Assembly (NCBI GenBank): GCA_033761985.1
Contig: JANRMB010000292.1
Coordinates: 1 to 45,092, forward strand
Direction: 5' to 3'
DNA length: 45,092 bases
DNA from: Candidatus Sumerlaeia bacterium
GTDB lineage: Bacteria > Sumerlaeota > Sumerlaeia > SLMS01 > JAHLLQ01
In this document: positions 26,787-36,540 of the stretch, piece after piece
How the letters are laid out: the number at the start of each line of letters is the position of its first letter
Numbering within the stretch: the first letter of the stretch is position 1
The notes under the pieces: model-generated
What the model was told of the DNA's origin: nothing
Seen by the model: only the letters and a program-made list of their open reading frames with translations
Database searches by the model: none
Translations under genes and position numbers: made by a program

Positions 26787-29696
26787 TTAACGGGATTCCA
26801 GAAATGAACCGTCGGGAGTTTCAAGAGTGTCGTCTTCGGCACCTGTAATAATCGTCAACGTGATTCCACCACCGCCAGAGTTCCCACCAAACTGAGTCAC
26901 CGCTTTGAGCGTGCTTTCAATCCGGGCATTGCTTTCCTGCAAATGGGCCAAGGTGTAGGGATCCAACCGTTGTTCTCCAACATCTTTCAACGCTTTGTTG
27001 ATGGATTGTTGAATCAACCGCAATTCCTGGTAAGCCAACGTACGAGCCACGCTGGGATACAAACTTTGCGTGGTGCTGTTGGTGATTTGAATCAATTGAG
27101 AAAGATGTGAACGCTGAAGATTGCGCCGCAGATTGCTCACCATGGGTTTGCGGTCGGTATAGGAGCCACTGTTTGACTTGATAACTTCGCTCCATATCGC
27201 CGTCCGCAGTGTGCTCATCAACTCTGGAAGCGTGAGCAGATCTGTTTTGGCGTCCACATGGAACTCCGCGTCGTACAAATACCGCACACGAGCGGGATTC
27301 AATAAGGAAAACAGCGCCTGATTCTGATGGAACAGAATACGATCCTGTACCGGATACGTCAGCGGATTGAGGAAATCATAGGAGCCCTCATGATACCAAC
27401 GTTCTGCAGAAAGGAACCTCATCACCTCGGGGTCCAGAACGATTGAATTCTCTTCAAAAGCCTGCTTCACAATAAATGCCAACGATGCCCGTTGTTCCGC
27501 GGCAGGAATCACCCGCACGGGAACATTCTCCGGGATTTTTCCTTTTTCATCCACCAACCGCACCGTACGGTTCAAATCATACCCGCCGATGTACTTGGAG
27601 GATTCCGTAACACCACGGAAGCGCTCAAACAGCAACAGATCAAATGCCTTCCGTGCACGGGCGTAGGTATCGCCCTTCTGCACGCTTACGTTGAGTAAAT
27701 CCGCCATAATCTTGTTGGAAATTTCTGCCCGTGCTTGGAAGAAGGCGACGGAATCCTTGGCTAAATCAAACCGCGTGATTCGTGGATCGGGTTCGCTCAC
27801 GTCTTCATCTGTTCCATATGCCAAGCCCGGCTCTTCAGACTTCGAGGCAATTTGCTCCAGCATTTTTTCTTCATTACTGGTCAAATCTCCAGAACCCGGA
27901 ACAGCATAACCGTAGGCAATCGCCCAGCGATCGTAAGGCCCAATGGTCGGAGTAATCCATGATTTGGGATACGTTCCATCAGCCCGAAGAACAAAGGGGA
28001 GATAATCCATCACCGATCCCGCCGTGGGGACGGTGGGGTCTGCTTCCAGAGAAATCTCTTCAAACGTTTTCCAGGAACTCCCTTTGAAGTTATGCCGCAA
28101 TCCCAACGAGTGACCCATCTCGTGAGCCACGATATAGCGAATCAATGGACCAATAAACTCCTCCGGCCATTCACCGAAGGGATTCTCCTCTTCTTTTTTG
28201 TTCTCGTCTTTCTTCTCCCCATCTTTGTCTTCCCCTTCCTTTTTTTCTTCCTCTGTCCCTGTGGAAGGAGTCTCAGCGCTGTCACCATCTGCCGCACGAG
28301 TAGCATTGAACATCAACCCAAGGGAGTGCAGCGCTAATTCCGATTGGAAATGAGAACCAATACTACAGAATTGATGACCCGCATGATCCTCCTGCATGGA
28401 CATACCGCCCCGGAGAACATCCTCGGCAAACAACTGTTCCGGGGTCTTGTTCTTCAATCCCTTTTGCTCAATCTCCAAGCTGTATCGCAGACTTAACTCA
28501 AACCAGTTTGGATGCATTTCGGGATTGCGGGCAAGCCAGTGGCGCACCATCGGCGGGTAATCTGAGTACGCCGTTTGTGAGTTTACAAATAAATCAAAGT
28601 CTTCCACAAATGCCCGAACCATCGACTCATCAAACAAGATATCGGAGTCCAAAATCTGTCCGGTGCGGGGATCCACACGGCTCGGAGCAATCGCGAAGGC
28701 CCGCTGAGAGGTAATCCAACGGAAGAAATTGTAGCGTGAATCCTCCGGATCGAAATCCGCAAACTGGTTGGTTTCTGTTTGCTGGCGCACTTCGATCGCG
28801 TCCACGAAACCAATTTCCTCAAATGCCTCGTTCCAAACTTCAATTCCTTCACGCACCCAGCGACGATACTTGATGGGCACTCCGCTTTCGATGTAGAATA
28901 CGATGGGTTCTTTGGGTGGGGAAAGGCTCAGGCTGGGGTCTTGTTTTTCCAAATGCCAACGATTGATTTTGCGTTCGAAAGTGCTGGGGGCGCGTTCGTC
29001 AGCCGAGAAGTTATTTTGCGCCGTAAGAAAATAGCCAACACGTTCATCAGCTTTTCGTGGTTTGTACCCAGTTGAGGGGAGCTTACCAATATTGAAGTAA
29101 ATCCCGACGGTTTGATTCCGATCCCGAAAGATCAACTCCACAATCGTGTTATCAGGGAAGGATTTGGCGCGGTTGATTTGCACGATTGTATTCGGAAGCC
29201 GTGCACGAAGAAAATCCCCGGCCTGCCCCTGAAGAAGAGCCTTCAAATCAAACAAAACGTCGCCGTTGGAGGACTCTGCCAAGATCGGGAAGCGAGCCAG
29301 AACGGCATCCGGGTAGCTTTTTTCAACAATCGGTTTCAGCCCACCCTCAGCCGTGAAGAAGATATTCGGCTGAATCAACAGCAAATCCTTCCCGCGGCGT
29401 TCAAACTTCAGCAACAAATCCGTTGTCTGCAAACCCGCCAATTGCCCCTTGGATAGGCTTGTGGCGATGAGGAATTCCGAACCAATCTGGCCGCCCTTCA
29501 GGCGAACCAATAACTCGTCCTCTTCGGCTTTCTGAAACAGGGTAAAGAAGCCTTCAATTTCTTTGAACCCCTTTGTCTTTTCCGCAATTTCCGGAAGTTT
29601 ATCCTTTTCCTCTTGGGCATTGGCCGGTGAATTCAACGCCAGCACCATGATTAGACCCAACAAAACGGTGAAAAACTTGCTCTTTATACTCAACAT
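26787..29696 (-). CDS. Secreted zinc-dependent metalloprotease (DUF5117/DUF5118/EcxA-like)
   Basis: Signal peptide ending ANA-Q; PRKADERVGYF, INRWHLEK, PIVFYI, DPRTGQIL, HEMGHSLGLRHNF, SVMDY, GPYDRWAIAYGY; start moved to MLSIKS because the longer ORF overlaps ispH. Confidence 0.9.
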   Translation of the reverse strand: MLSIKSKFFTVLLGLIMVLALNSPANAQEEKDKLPEIAEKTKGFKEIEGFFTLFQKAEEDELLVRLKGGQIGSEFLIATSLSKGQLAGLQTTDLLLKFERRGKDLLLIQPNIFFTAEGGLKPIVEKSYPDAVLARFPILAESSNGDVLFDLKALLQGQAGDFLRARLPNTIVQINRAKSFPDNTIVELIFRDRNQTVGIYFNIGKLPSTGYKPRKADERVGYFLTAQNNFSADERAPSTFERKINRWHLEKQDPSLSLSPPKEPIVFYIESGVPIKYRRWVREGIEVWNEAFEEIGFVDAIEVRQQTETNQFADFDPEDSRYNFFRWITSQRAFAIAPSRVDPRTGQILDSDILFDESMVRAFVEDFDLFVNSQTAYSDYPPMVRHWLARNPEMHPNWFELSLRYSLEIEQKGLKNKTPEQLFAEDVLRGGMSMQEDHAGHQFCSIGSHFQSELALHSLGLMFNATRAADGDSAETPSTGTEEEKKEGEDKDGEKKDENKKEEENPFGEWPEEFIGPLIRYIVAHEMGHSLGLRHNFKGSSWKTFEEISLEADPTVPTAGSVMDYLPFVLRADGTYPKSWITPTIGPYDRWAIAYGYAVPGSGDLTSNEEKMLEQIASKSEEPGLAYGTDEDVSEPDPRITRFDLAKDSVAFFQARAEISNKIMADLLNVSVQKGDTYARARKAFDLLLFERFRGVTESSKYIGGYDLNRTVRLVDEKGKIPENVPVRVIPAAEQRASLAFIVKQAFEENSIVLDPEVMRFLSAERWYHEGSYDFLNPLTYPVQDRILFHQNQALFSLLNPARVRYLYDAEFHVDAKTDLLTLPELMSTLRTAIWSEVIKSNSGSYTDRKPMVSNLRRNLQRSHLSQLIQITNSTTQSLYPSVARTLAYQELRLIQQSINKALKDVGEQRLDPYTLAHLQESNARIESTLKAVTQFGGNSGGGGITLTIITGAEDDTLETPDGSFLESR

Positions 29697-29792
29697 CACT
29701 CTGGATAGGCTCCCGGTAATCAATTGAACTGGGGGAAGATGGCGGAACTTCATGCCAAACCCAAGACCTTTTCCATCAGGCCAACAAAAATC

Positions 29793-31016
29793 ATGACGGA
29801 ATCGAAAACCTACTACAAAGCCAGTTTGGGACTCAAAAATGAGATCGTCGGTCTCGTGCAGGAGGATTACTCCAGCGATTTTGTCCTCCATCTGAAAAAT
29901 CAGGCTGATGGAATGCATTTCCCCAGTGCGAATTGTATCGCGTTTCTTGCCAAAGAGTTTGGCTTTTGCTATGGGGTGGACAAAGCGATCGACCTCGCCT
30001 ATGAGGCACGTCGAAAATTTCCAGAAAAACGAATCTTCCTCCTCACCGAAATCATTCACAACCCCCGTGTTAATCAGCGCCTGGTGGACATGGGGTTCGT
30101 TTTTCTTTCCGGGCAATACCAGCACCCGACGCTTACCAAGTCCGACATCACGGCGGAGGACGTTGTCCTGATTCCCGCTTTCGGAACAGCCGCTTCAGAC
30201 TTTGAGTTTCTTCGTTCCAAAGGGTGTATCATCGTCGATACCACCTGCGGGAGTGTGGTTCATGTTTGGAAACGCGTGGAAAAGTACGCCCGGGAAGGTT
30301 TTACCTCTCTGGTGCACGGCAAGTTCTACCATGAGGAAACAATCGCCACTGTTTCCATGGCGGCCAAAGAAGGCGGACACTACCTCGTGGTCAGAAACCA
30401 TGCCCAAGCGGATATCGTGATCGATTTTCTTCTTGGAAAACTGACCGGCGCCGAACTCCTCACCAAGTTTGATCCTCAAGCCTACTCCCATGGATTCAAT
30501 CCCGAACAACACCTAAACAAGATGGGTGTTGCCAACCAGACGACCATGCTTGCCAGTGAATCGCTGGAAATCGCCGCCAGAATTGGCGATGCAATCGCCC
30601 AGCGCGACGGTGCCCTTTCCCGTAACGAGGCGACCAACTTTCGTAGCTTCGACACTATTTGTAGTGCCACACAAGACCGTCAGGATGCCGTCAAATCCCT
30701 CCTCGCCAACTCCTCACTGGATCTCATGATCATCGTGGGTGGGTACAACTCTTCGAACACAACCCACCTACTGAGCGTCTCACAAGAATTCTGCCCCGCC
30801 TATCATATCGACGACTCCACCGAGATTCTCTCCTCCTCGGAGATTCTTCATCTCCCGTACGGCGCTGCGGAACCCGTGGTCTCCACGCCCTGGATTCCGC
30901 AAGTGGGGGAGCGTCCCCTGCGCGTGGGTTTCACTGCCGGTGCCAGCACCCCCAACAAAGTCATTCACGACGTGGTGAAACGGTTCGTGGAGATCCGTGG
31001 GGGCACTCTCAGCTAA
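29793..31016 (+). CDS. ispH: 4-hydroxy-3-methylbut-2-enyl diphosphate reductase
   Basis: FGFCYGV, EIIHNP, AFG, DTTCGSV, HEET, NQTTM, DTICSATQDRQ, GGYNSSNT, TAGASTP. Confidence 0.96.
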   Translation: MTESKTYYKASLGLKNEIVGLVQEDYSSDFVLHLKNQADGMHFPSANCIAFLAKEFGFCYGVDKAIDLAYEARRKFPEKRIFLLTEIIHNPRVNQRLVDMGFVFLSGQYQHPTLTKSDITAEDVVLIPAFGTAASDFEFLRSKGCIIVDTTCGSVVHVWKRVEKYAREGFTSLVHGKFYHEETIATVSMAAKEGGHYLVVRNHAQADIVIDFLLGKLTGAELLTKFDPQAYSHGFNPEQHLNKMGVANQTTMLASESLEIAARIGDAIAQRDGALSRNEATNFRSFDTICSATQDRQDAVKSLLANSSLDLMIIVGGYNSSNTTHLLSVSQEFCPAYHIDDSTEILSSSEILHLPYGAAEPVVSTPWIPQVGERPLRVGFTAGASTPNKVIHDVVKRFVEIRGGTLS

Positions 31017-31019
31017 AGT

Positions 31020-31655
31020 TTATACTCCATCCACATACCCGATGCCCGGGCCGAGAAGCAGAATATTCCCGGTGCTCACCGTGCCATTGGTGGGATCATA
31101 CACATCAAACTTGTCGAATTGTGAACCCGTTCCTCCCAAACCACCAGCCGTTCCGGCAGGCCCTCGGGAACGCAACAACCACTCGCTTTGTTGATACTGT
31201 GTCCCCCATAAATCACGGTATACATTGCGACCATTATCCCCACCGCTCAAGGCCTCGGTTACCCACTGAACGTATGTGCGGCGATCCACGTAAATCGGAA
31301 CTCGAATATCCTTGTCCGGGTAAATGTTGGATGTATCCCGACTGAAGATATCCGGAGGGACACTCGTGATATACGTGATTGGAGTGCTCAATGGTGCAAA
31401 ACGTTGGATGCGGGGATCCAGCGCTGTATCCACAGCCACATAGGAAATAGGGTACTTATTGTTATCCACAAAATAGCTTTCCAAAGCCGTCGCTACGGTG
31501 CGCATATCGGCTTTTGTGCGGCTGACTTTGCTGCGTGTTTGCGCTTCCAAAAAGTTGGGTACTGCAATAGCTGCAAGAATGGCAATAATCGCCACTACAA
31601 TAAGCAGTTCAATTAACGTGAAGGCTTTGAAAAATGTGCTCTCTCTCATATTCAT
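31020..31655 (-). CDS. Prepilin-type N-terminal cleavage/methylation (GspG-like pseudopilin) protein
   Basis: KA|FTLIELLIVVAIIAILAAIAVPNF type III signal peptide; ALESY..D...YP, SRGP and YDPTNGTVS motifs. Confidence 0.92.
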   Translation of the reverse strand: MNMRESTFFKAFTLIELLIVVAIIAILAAIAVPNFLEAQTRSKVSRTKADMRTVATALESYFVDNNKYPISYVAVDTALDPRIQRFAPLSTPITYITSVPPDIFSRDTSNIYPDKDIRVPIYVDRRTYVQWVTEALSGGDNGRNVYRDLWGTQYQQSEWLLRSRGPAGTAGGLGGTGSQFDKFDVYDPTNGTVSTGNILLLGPGIGYVDGV

Positions 31656-31661
31656 GTCCTT

Positions 31662-32414
31662 TTAGGAGCCTGTAAAGGCCCAGAGTGATGTAGTGCTTTC
31701 AGGGGCCAACGAACGAATCGTCAGCTTGGGTCTAAGAGCTGGATCTTGTGCTTCCGATGACCAAAAACGCCGAGCATTCCGCGCAACGGCTTCCGGGCCG
31801 ATCAACATCCAACCATGATTTTCCTCCGGATTGTTGCTCCATTCCTCCAGATCACGTGCTAGGTCTTCAGATTTGAACGTATAGATATTATTTTCTTGGC
31901 GTACATCATCCCATCGATTCACAGGAACGCTTGCTGAAGGGCTGGTGAGAAAGTCTCCACCAGCAATTGCCCACTGCTGCGTACCGAAAGCGGAGTGCGT
32001 CCACGTGGCATCCCCTGGTTCAGCCGGTTCACCCAATCCTCCCACATTCACATCCGTGGTGGCAACATCACCCTCTCCCCAAGCGGTTGTAACTCGGTGA
32101 AGAGAGAAAACATCTCCATTCGGCGCAAACAAACCGGAGCGATCCAATACCAGAGACACTTCCACCTCCCAAGGTTTTGGAGGAAGTGAAACGTTGCTCA
32201 GATCAAAGGCGATCAACCCACGGCGAACGCTGTTGACGGTGGCTCCGGAAAAAATGAGGGCAAACCCTCCGTTGGAATTCTCTGGACGGTCGGCATAAAG
32301 TGTTGCATCCCGGGTTCCTTCGTAGCTCCCCTGTCCCTGCTGAAGAACGAGTTCCATGGCTGAAACTGAATTCAAAAAAAAGGGACAGAGGAGCAGATGA
32401 AGGGTCCTTTTCAT
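31662..32414 (-). CDS. Secreted DNRLRE/CBM96-like domain protein
   Basis: Signal peptide; RDATLY...N.GG, RGLIAFDL, LHRVTTAWGEG, ATW, GGDF, NHGWML, SSE...RPKL pattern. Confidence 0.78.
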   Translation of the reverse strand: MKRTLHLLLCPFFLNSVSAMELVLQQGQGSYEGTRDATLYADRPENSNGGFALIFSGATVNSVRRGLIAFDLSNVSLPPKPWEVEVSLVLDRSGLFAPNGDVFSLHRVTTAWGEGDVATTDVNVGGLGEPAEPGDATWTHSAFGTQQWAIAGGDFLTSPSASVPVNRWDDVRQENNIYTFKSEDLARDLEEWSNNPEENHGWMLIGPEAVARNARRFWSSEAQDPALRPKLTIRSLAPESTTSLWAFTGS

Positions 32415-32437
32415 GGGATAAAGGCTTGAGGTTATCC

Positions 32438-33781
32438 TTATTGATAACTCATCCAACCAGCGGGGTTGGCTGAGGCCGATCCTTGGATGATTGGTATCTT
32501 CAGGTAATCGGGTTGAATCACATCACGATAAACATCGGAACCAAAAATGGGCCGGGCATCACAACCGAGCCACGCTTCCACCACATACGAGTAAATGGAG
32601 CGGAAGTCCACATCATGACGAAGATTACCCCGCTGAAGATTAGCGAGATTGGGCTGGCCACCATAAACTCCGCCGGCCACGCGCCCGCCAAACATCATCA
32701 GCGAGTTCGCTGCACCGTGGTCTGTCCCCAAGCTGGAATTCTCTTCCACACGGCGACCAAACTCGGAGAATGTCATGATTAATACCCGATCCAGATTTCC
32801 TGTGGCTTCCATTTCATCCAGAAAAGCTGAAACGCTGTTACCGAAGTTGGTCAACAACCTTGGGTGATTTCCGCGCACCGTGGGGTCGGCATCAATCACC
32901 TGGTTCGCATGGGTATCGAAGCCCCCTTGGCGAACGTAAAAGATTCGGGTTTTGAAGCCCGAGCGAATCACCTTGCTGGCCAGCTGCAATCCACGCCCCA
33001 AGGAATCGTTGGAATAGGAACCGTCCGGGGCAATATCGGTTGCAGCGTTTGCCACGGCGATATCCTCAATGGATGCCTCCATGATATTCTCACTGCGTTG
33101 AACGAAATCCAACACGGAGTCCACCACAGGCGCTCTGTTCAGGTTTGTGATTGCCGCAAGCCGGAGATCCTCATCCGTATTCCCAAACAAACGATAGTTT
33201 TCCGGATTGTTTACGGAAGCGGGAGTGTAGTAGTCCGCCCGTTCAAAAGTCTGGGGGACACGTGTCGTCCCTGTCCCAAGGAAAAACAGAGACTCCTCCG
33301 GAAGCTGGCAACCGCAGGCGTTATCGTACAATTTCGCCACCCACCCTTTGCGGTCGCGCGCCTGACCGGGAACATAACCATGTTCAAAGTATTCCATGCT
33401 GGTGAAGTGGGAAAGGTTGGGATTCACATAACCTACATTCTGAATCACTCCAAACTGGCCGTTCTGATACCGATCGGCCAGTCTAACCATTGCCGGGTGC
33501 ATACTATTTAATGCATCCATGGTAATAGCTTGATTGCGCAAAATACCCAGATTGGGTCGCGCGGCATAGTACAACGGATCAGTGGAGGGGATGATGGTAT
33601 TGAGTCCATCATTACCCCCGGCAAGTTGGATGAGCACCAGAATTCGATCCTCGTTTAGGCAACCGGCTTGGTTCAATGCCATGGCGCTGCGCATAATCCA
33701 ATTCGGGGTGGTGTTTTCCAAGGTAAAGAAGGCCAGAGAGCCCAAGCTGGCTTGTAGAAAGCCTCGACGGGAAACCGCCAT
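32438..33781 (-). CDS. DUF1501 domain protein with Tat signal
   Basis: SRRGFLQ twin-arginine motif; QLAGGNDGLN, NLSHF, GGFDTHANQ, FSEFGRR, GTDHG, VDFRSIY. Confidence 0.92.
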   Translation of the reverse strand: MAVSRRGFLQASLGSLAFFTLENTTPNWIMRSAMALNQAGCLNEDRILVLIQLAGGNDGLNTIIPSTDPLYYAARPNLGILRNQAITMDALNSMHPAMVRLADRYQNGQFGVIQNVGYVNPNLSHFTSMEYFEHGYVPGQARDRKGWVAKLYDNACGCQLPEESLFFLGTGTTRVPQTFERADYYTPASVNNPENYRLFGNTDEDLRLAAITNLNRAPVVDSVLDFVQRSENIMEASIEDIAVANAATDIAPDGSYSNDSLGRGLQLASKVIRSGFKTRIFYVRQGGFDTHANQVIDADPTVRGNHPRLLTNFGNSVSAFLDEMEATGNLDRVLIMTFSEFGRRVEENSSLGTDHGAANSLMMFGGRVAGGVYGGQPNLANLQRGNLRHDVDFRSIYSYVVEAWLGCDARPIFGSDVYRDVIQPDYLKIPIIQGSASANPAGWMSYQ

Positions 33782-33825
33782 AATGTTTCTTTCTCCAGAG
33801 AGATATCGTGTCGAAGGGTGGTGGG

Positions 33826-35418
33826 TTACTTGGTTTGGTATTCGGGGACAGTCATCATCAAATGAAAGCAACCACGGACTTTCCGGCGATACTTGTTCGT
33901 CGCCGATCCCGTGGAAGCATCAATCCCGGCAAAGAAGGTGTTGAACTCCGTCACCTGTTCCGCACGTAACGGACGCTGCACCAAACTTCTTCGGAAATAC
34001 TCCAGAATTCCCGCGTGGTCTGTTTGCGAGGAAACATGTGTTGGGATCAATCCATCGCACCAGGCATCCGTCATGATACCACTTCCAGAAAGCGTATTGG
34101 CATAGTTGAATCGAGCGATCATGGCGCCGGAATACATCCAAGAACGACCGTGGTCCCAGCCGTTCACATCCGGGGGGTTCAGCAGATCCATGCCCATTTC
34201 ATCGATTCTACCGGCAAGGCGACTCGCGTACTGTGTGTCTTCCAAATTCAACACGCGAAGCGGATGCATTACATAATCCAACGGATGTTTGATCATGCTG
34301 TGGCGGAACGCGGGATCATAGAAAATGTTACTGCGGAAGAGAGCCCGAAGTGCTTCCTTCACATCGTAACGATAACCATTTGTGGATGTTGCTTGAAACA
34401 GTGCGGCGAGTTGCGGAACCGCAGGGTGATCCATCGGAATATCCTCATTCACAAACCACAACAACAACCTCCAGGAGAGATAAATCGAGGCGGCAGGAAG
34501 AGTCGCATGGGCCGGAGTAATCCCACTATTCGTGACTTTACTCATCACCAAATCGATGGCTTGATTCGTTTCCTGACCGGGGACAGAGGAGAAGGGAATC
34601 GTACTCCCCAACACGAATTTTGTTCCGGTGGAGTGAATACTGGAACGCCATTCGTACGTGAGCGGAAAGTTCCGTGAACATCGATCGTCCACGGTTTCAC
34701 CCGTAAACACTTTGGCGAGTTCCACCACATCCTGTTCGCTGTAATTCCCCACACCCATGGAGAAAAGCTCCATCACTTCGCGGCTGAAGTTTTCCTGAAC
34801 ACCGGTGTTCTTGTTGTCTTTGTTATCCAAGTAAAACAACATCGCCGGATTGCGAGTGATGAGCTTGAGAAGAGCCGTGTAGGAGCCACTCCCCGCCGTC
34901 CGCAGAAGTTGATTCTGCTCTTGAATGAGACGTGCCGTCCAGCGGTCGGCGCGTGTTTCATCCGGAGGCAAGGGGTCGTCGATGTTTTCCAAATCAGCTG
35001 GCGTACAGAACTGTTCTTCCGGAAGAGTGCCATCATTGCCGGGATTCACACGATCGGCCAAATCCTGGTTAATCTTGCTCCATTCTGTGGTGATCATGTC
35101 ATGCAGAAACAGGGTAAGTTGTTCCTGCAAGGGATTCGGGGTGTGCCGAAAGTGGTAAAGCCACCACCCTTGAGTGGCGGATTTGTAGAGGGGATTCTTG
35201 ATGGCGGGGTAATCGCCCGTGTTGGGTTGAGCAGCCAGTTGCAAGGCCACTGTGTCGTCGAGTGGATCATAGTCAACATAAGAGGAGACGGCAGCATTTA
35301 TTCCTGAATTCACCAAGCTGGTGAGTTCGGAAATACCTGCCCCAAACCCGGCGCGGCGCGCCAAGTGGGAGGCCTCCTCCTCAGTCCATGAGCCTGAGTA
35401 GGGGTCTAGAAATGTCAT
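33826..35418 (-). CDS. DUF1800 domain protein
   Basis: HLARRAGFG, PLQEQLTLFLHD, PAMLFYLD, ENFSREVMELF.MG, YSEQDV, PPDVNGW, PEYQ; typical partner of DUF1501. Confidence 0.92.
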   Translation of the reverse strand: MTFLDPYSGSWTEEEASHLARRAGFGAGISELTSLVNSGINAAVSSYVDYDPLDDTVALQLAAQPNTGDYPAIKNPLYKSATQGWWLYHFRHTPNPLQEQLTLFLHDMITTEWSKINQDLADRVNPGNDGTLPEEQFCTPADLENIDDPLPPDETRADRWTARLIQEQNQLLRTAGSGSYTALLKLITRNPAMLFYLDNKDNKNTGVQENFSREVMELFSMGVGNYSEQDVVELAKVFTGETVDDRCSRNFPLTYEWRSSIHSTGTKFVLGSTIPFSSVPGQETNQAIDLVMSKVTNSGITPAHATLPAASIYLSWRLLLWFVNEDIPMDHPAVPQLAALFQATSTNGYRYDVKEALRALFRSNIFYDPAFRHSMIKHPLDYVMHPLRVLNLEDTQYASRLAGRIDEMGMDLLNPPDVNGWDHGRSWMYSGAMIARFNYANTLSGSGIMTDAWCDGLIPTHVSSQTDHAGILEYFRRSLVQRPLRAEQVTEFNTFFAGIDASTGSATNKYRRKVRGCFHLMMTVPEYQTK

Positions 35419-35685
35419 AGGAGTTGTTTAGGAAAAGAGTATCGTGGACCTAGACAAAGGGGACACTCTCATGTGTTGTCAACAAGAGAATGCGCAGCTA
35501 ATCAAGAACAAATTATTTAGGTTTTCTACGAAATATTTCATCGTGGAAATGGCACGTCGGGTAATATTCATCGAATTGATTTTATTTTATTCCACTTTCA
35601 GCTACGGTGCAAAAATGACTTTGCATGTCCCCTGTCCCTCCATTTAGCACCACGAACAAATTTGCATCTCCAGCGGAATTCTTCT

Positions 35686-36540
35686 GTGAATGACACCACC
35701 CCGAACTCCCAACCCTCAGAACCTGATTTCCTCATCATCCTGCGGAAGACTTGGCGCATTTACCTGGCCGATGGTTTTCTACTCTTTATTCAGTTGGTTA
35801 TTTTTTTCCTTCTCCTTACTTTTTTGGAAACTTGGAAGCATCCCTTGATCAGTGATTTGCCGGGGTACCCACATCGAACAGTAATCCTTGGGATTGTATT
35901 GTGGATAACCCTAAATCTGCTGATTTACTCGCCACTTGGCGCTTTCTCCGGTGCACAGATGAACCCCGCCATTACAATCGCCTATTGGAGAATCAAAAAA
36001 ATCAATACCATTAATACAATAGGATATATTACTTCTCAGTTTATATTTGGAATTATAGCTCTGCTCTTTTCAGTTTTTGTATTGGGGAAAAACTTTACAG
36101 AAAATCCCATCCATTATGCGCCGGTAAGGCCCGGAATTTTGGGGGTTTGGTCCACGGGGTTTCTCCACCTTATAATTTCTTTTTTCCTGATGATTTTGGT
36201 GCTCAAGTTTTCCAACACGCCAAAACTGAAGAAGTGGACGGGTTTTGCTGCCGCAACATTCAGCACGTTTTCTCTCTTGTTGGTCACTCCACTTACCACG
36301 CTCGCGCTAAACCCTGTTCGCAGCATTATTTCGGCTATTCCGGCGGGGGAGTGGAAACCGTTGACGGCCTATTTAGTCTTTCCAGTGCTGGGAATGTTGA
36401 TCGCCGTGGAAATCTATCGCCAACTTACCACCAAGAACCCACGCACGTTCCCGGCAGTGGCTTGCTGCAAACTCAATCACCAACACACCTACACCTGTCC
36501 CCATTGCCAACCCGAAGAGTTTTACGGGAAGAATAACTAG
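35686..36540 (+). CDS. MIP/aquaporin family channel
   Basis: SGAQMNPA and ALNPVRS loops; about 6 TM helices; Cys/His-rich C-terminal tail; start GTG 35686 or TTG 35662. Confidence 0.85.
   Translation: MNDTTPNSQPSEPDFLIILRKTWRIYLADGFLLFIQLVIFFLLLTFLETWKHPLISDLPGYPHRTVILGIVLWITLNLLIYSPLGAFSGAQMNPAITIAYWRIKKINTINTIGYITSQFIFGIIALLFSVFVLGKNFTENPIHYAPVRPGILGVWSTGFLHLIISFFLMILVLKFSNTPKLKKWTGFAAATFSTFSLLLVTPLTTLALNPVRSIISAIPAGEWKPLTAYLVFPVLGMLIAVEIYRQLTTKNPRTFPAVACCKLNHQHTYTCPHCQPEEFYGKNN

Noticed and set aside
28190-28260. T/C-rich low-complexity DNA
   Set aside because: Encodes the E/K-rich linker (EEEKKEGEDKDGEKK) of the metalloprotease; not a separate repeat element
29697-30125. N-terminal 143 aa of the 1112-aa ORF call
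   Set aside because: Overlaps ispH on the opposite strand; a good signal peptide starts at ATG 29696
35550-35566. TGGCACG upstream of the aquaporin as a sigma54 promoter
   Set aside because: No -12 TTGC element at the correct spacing
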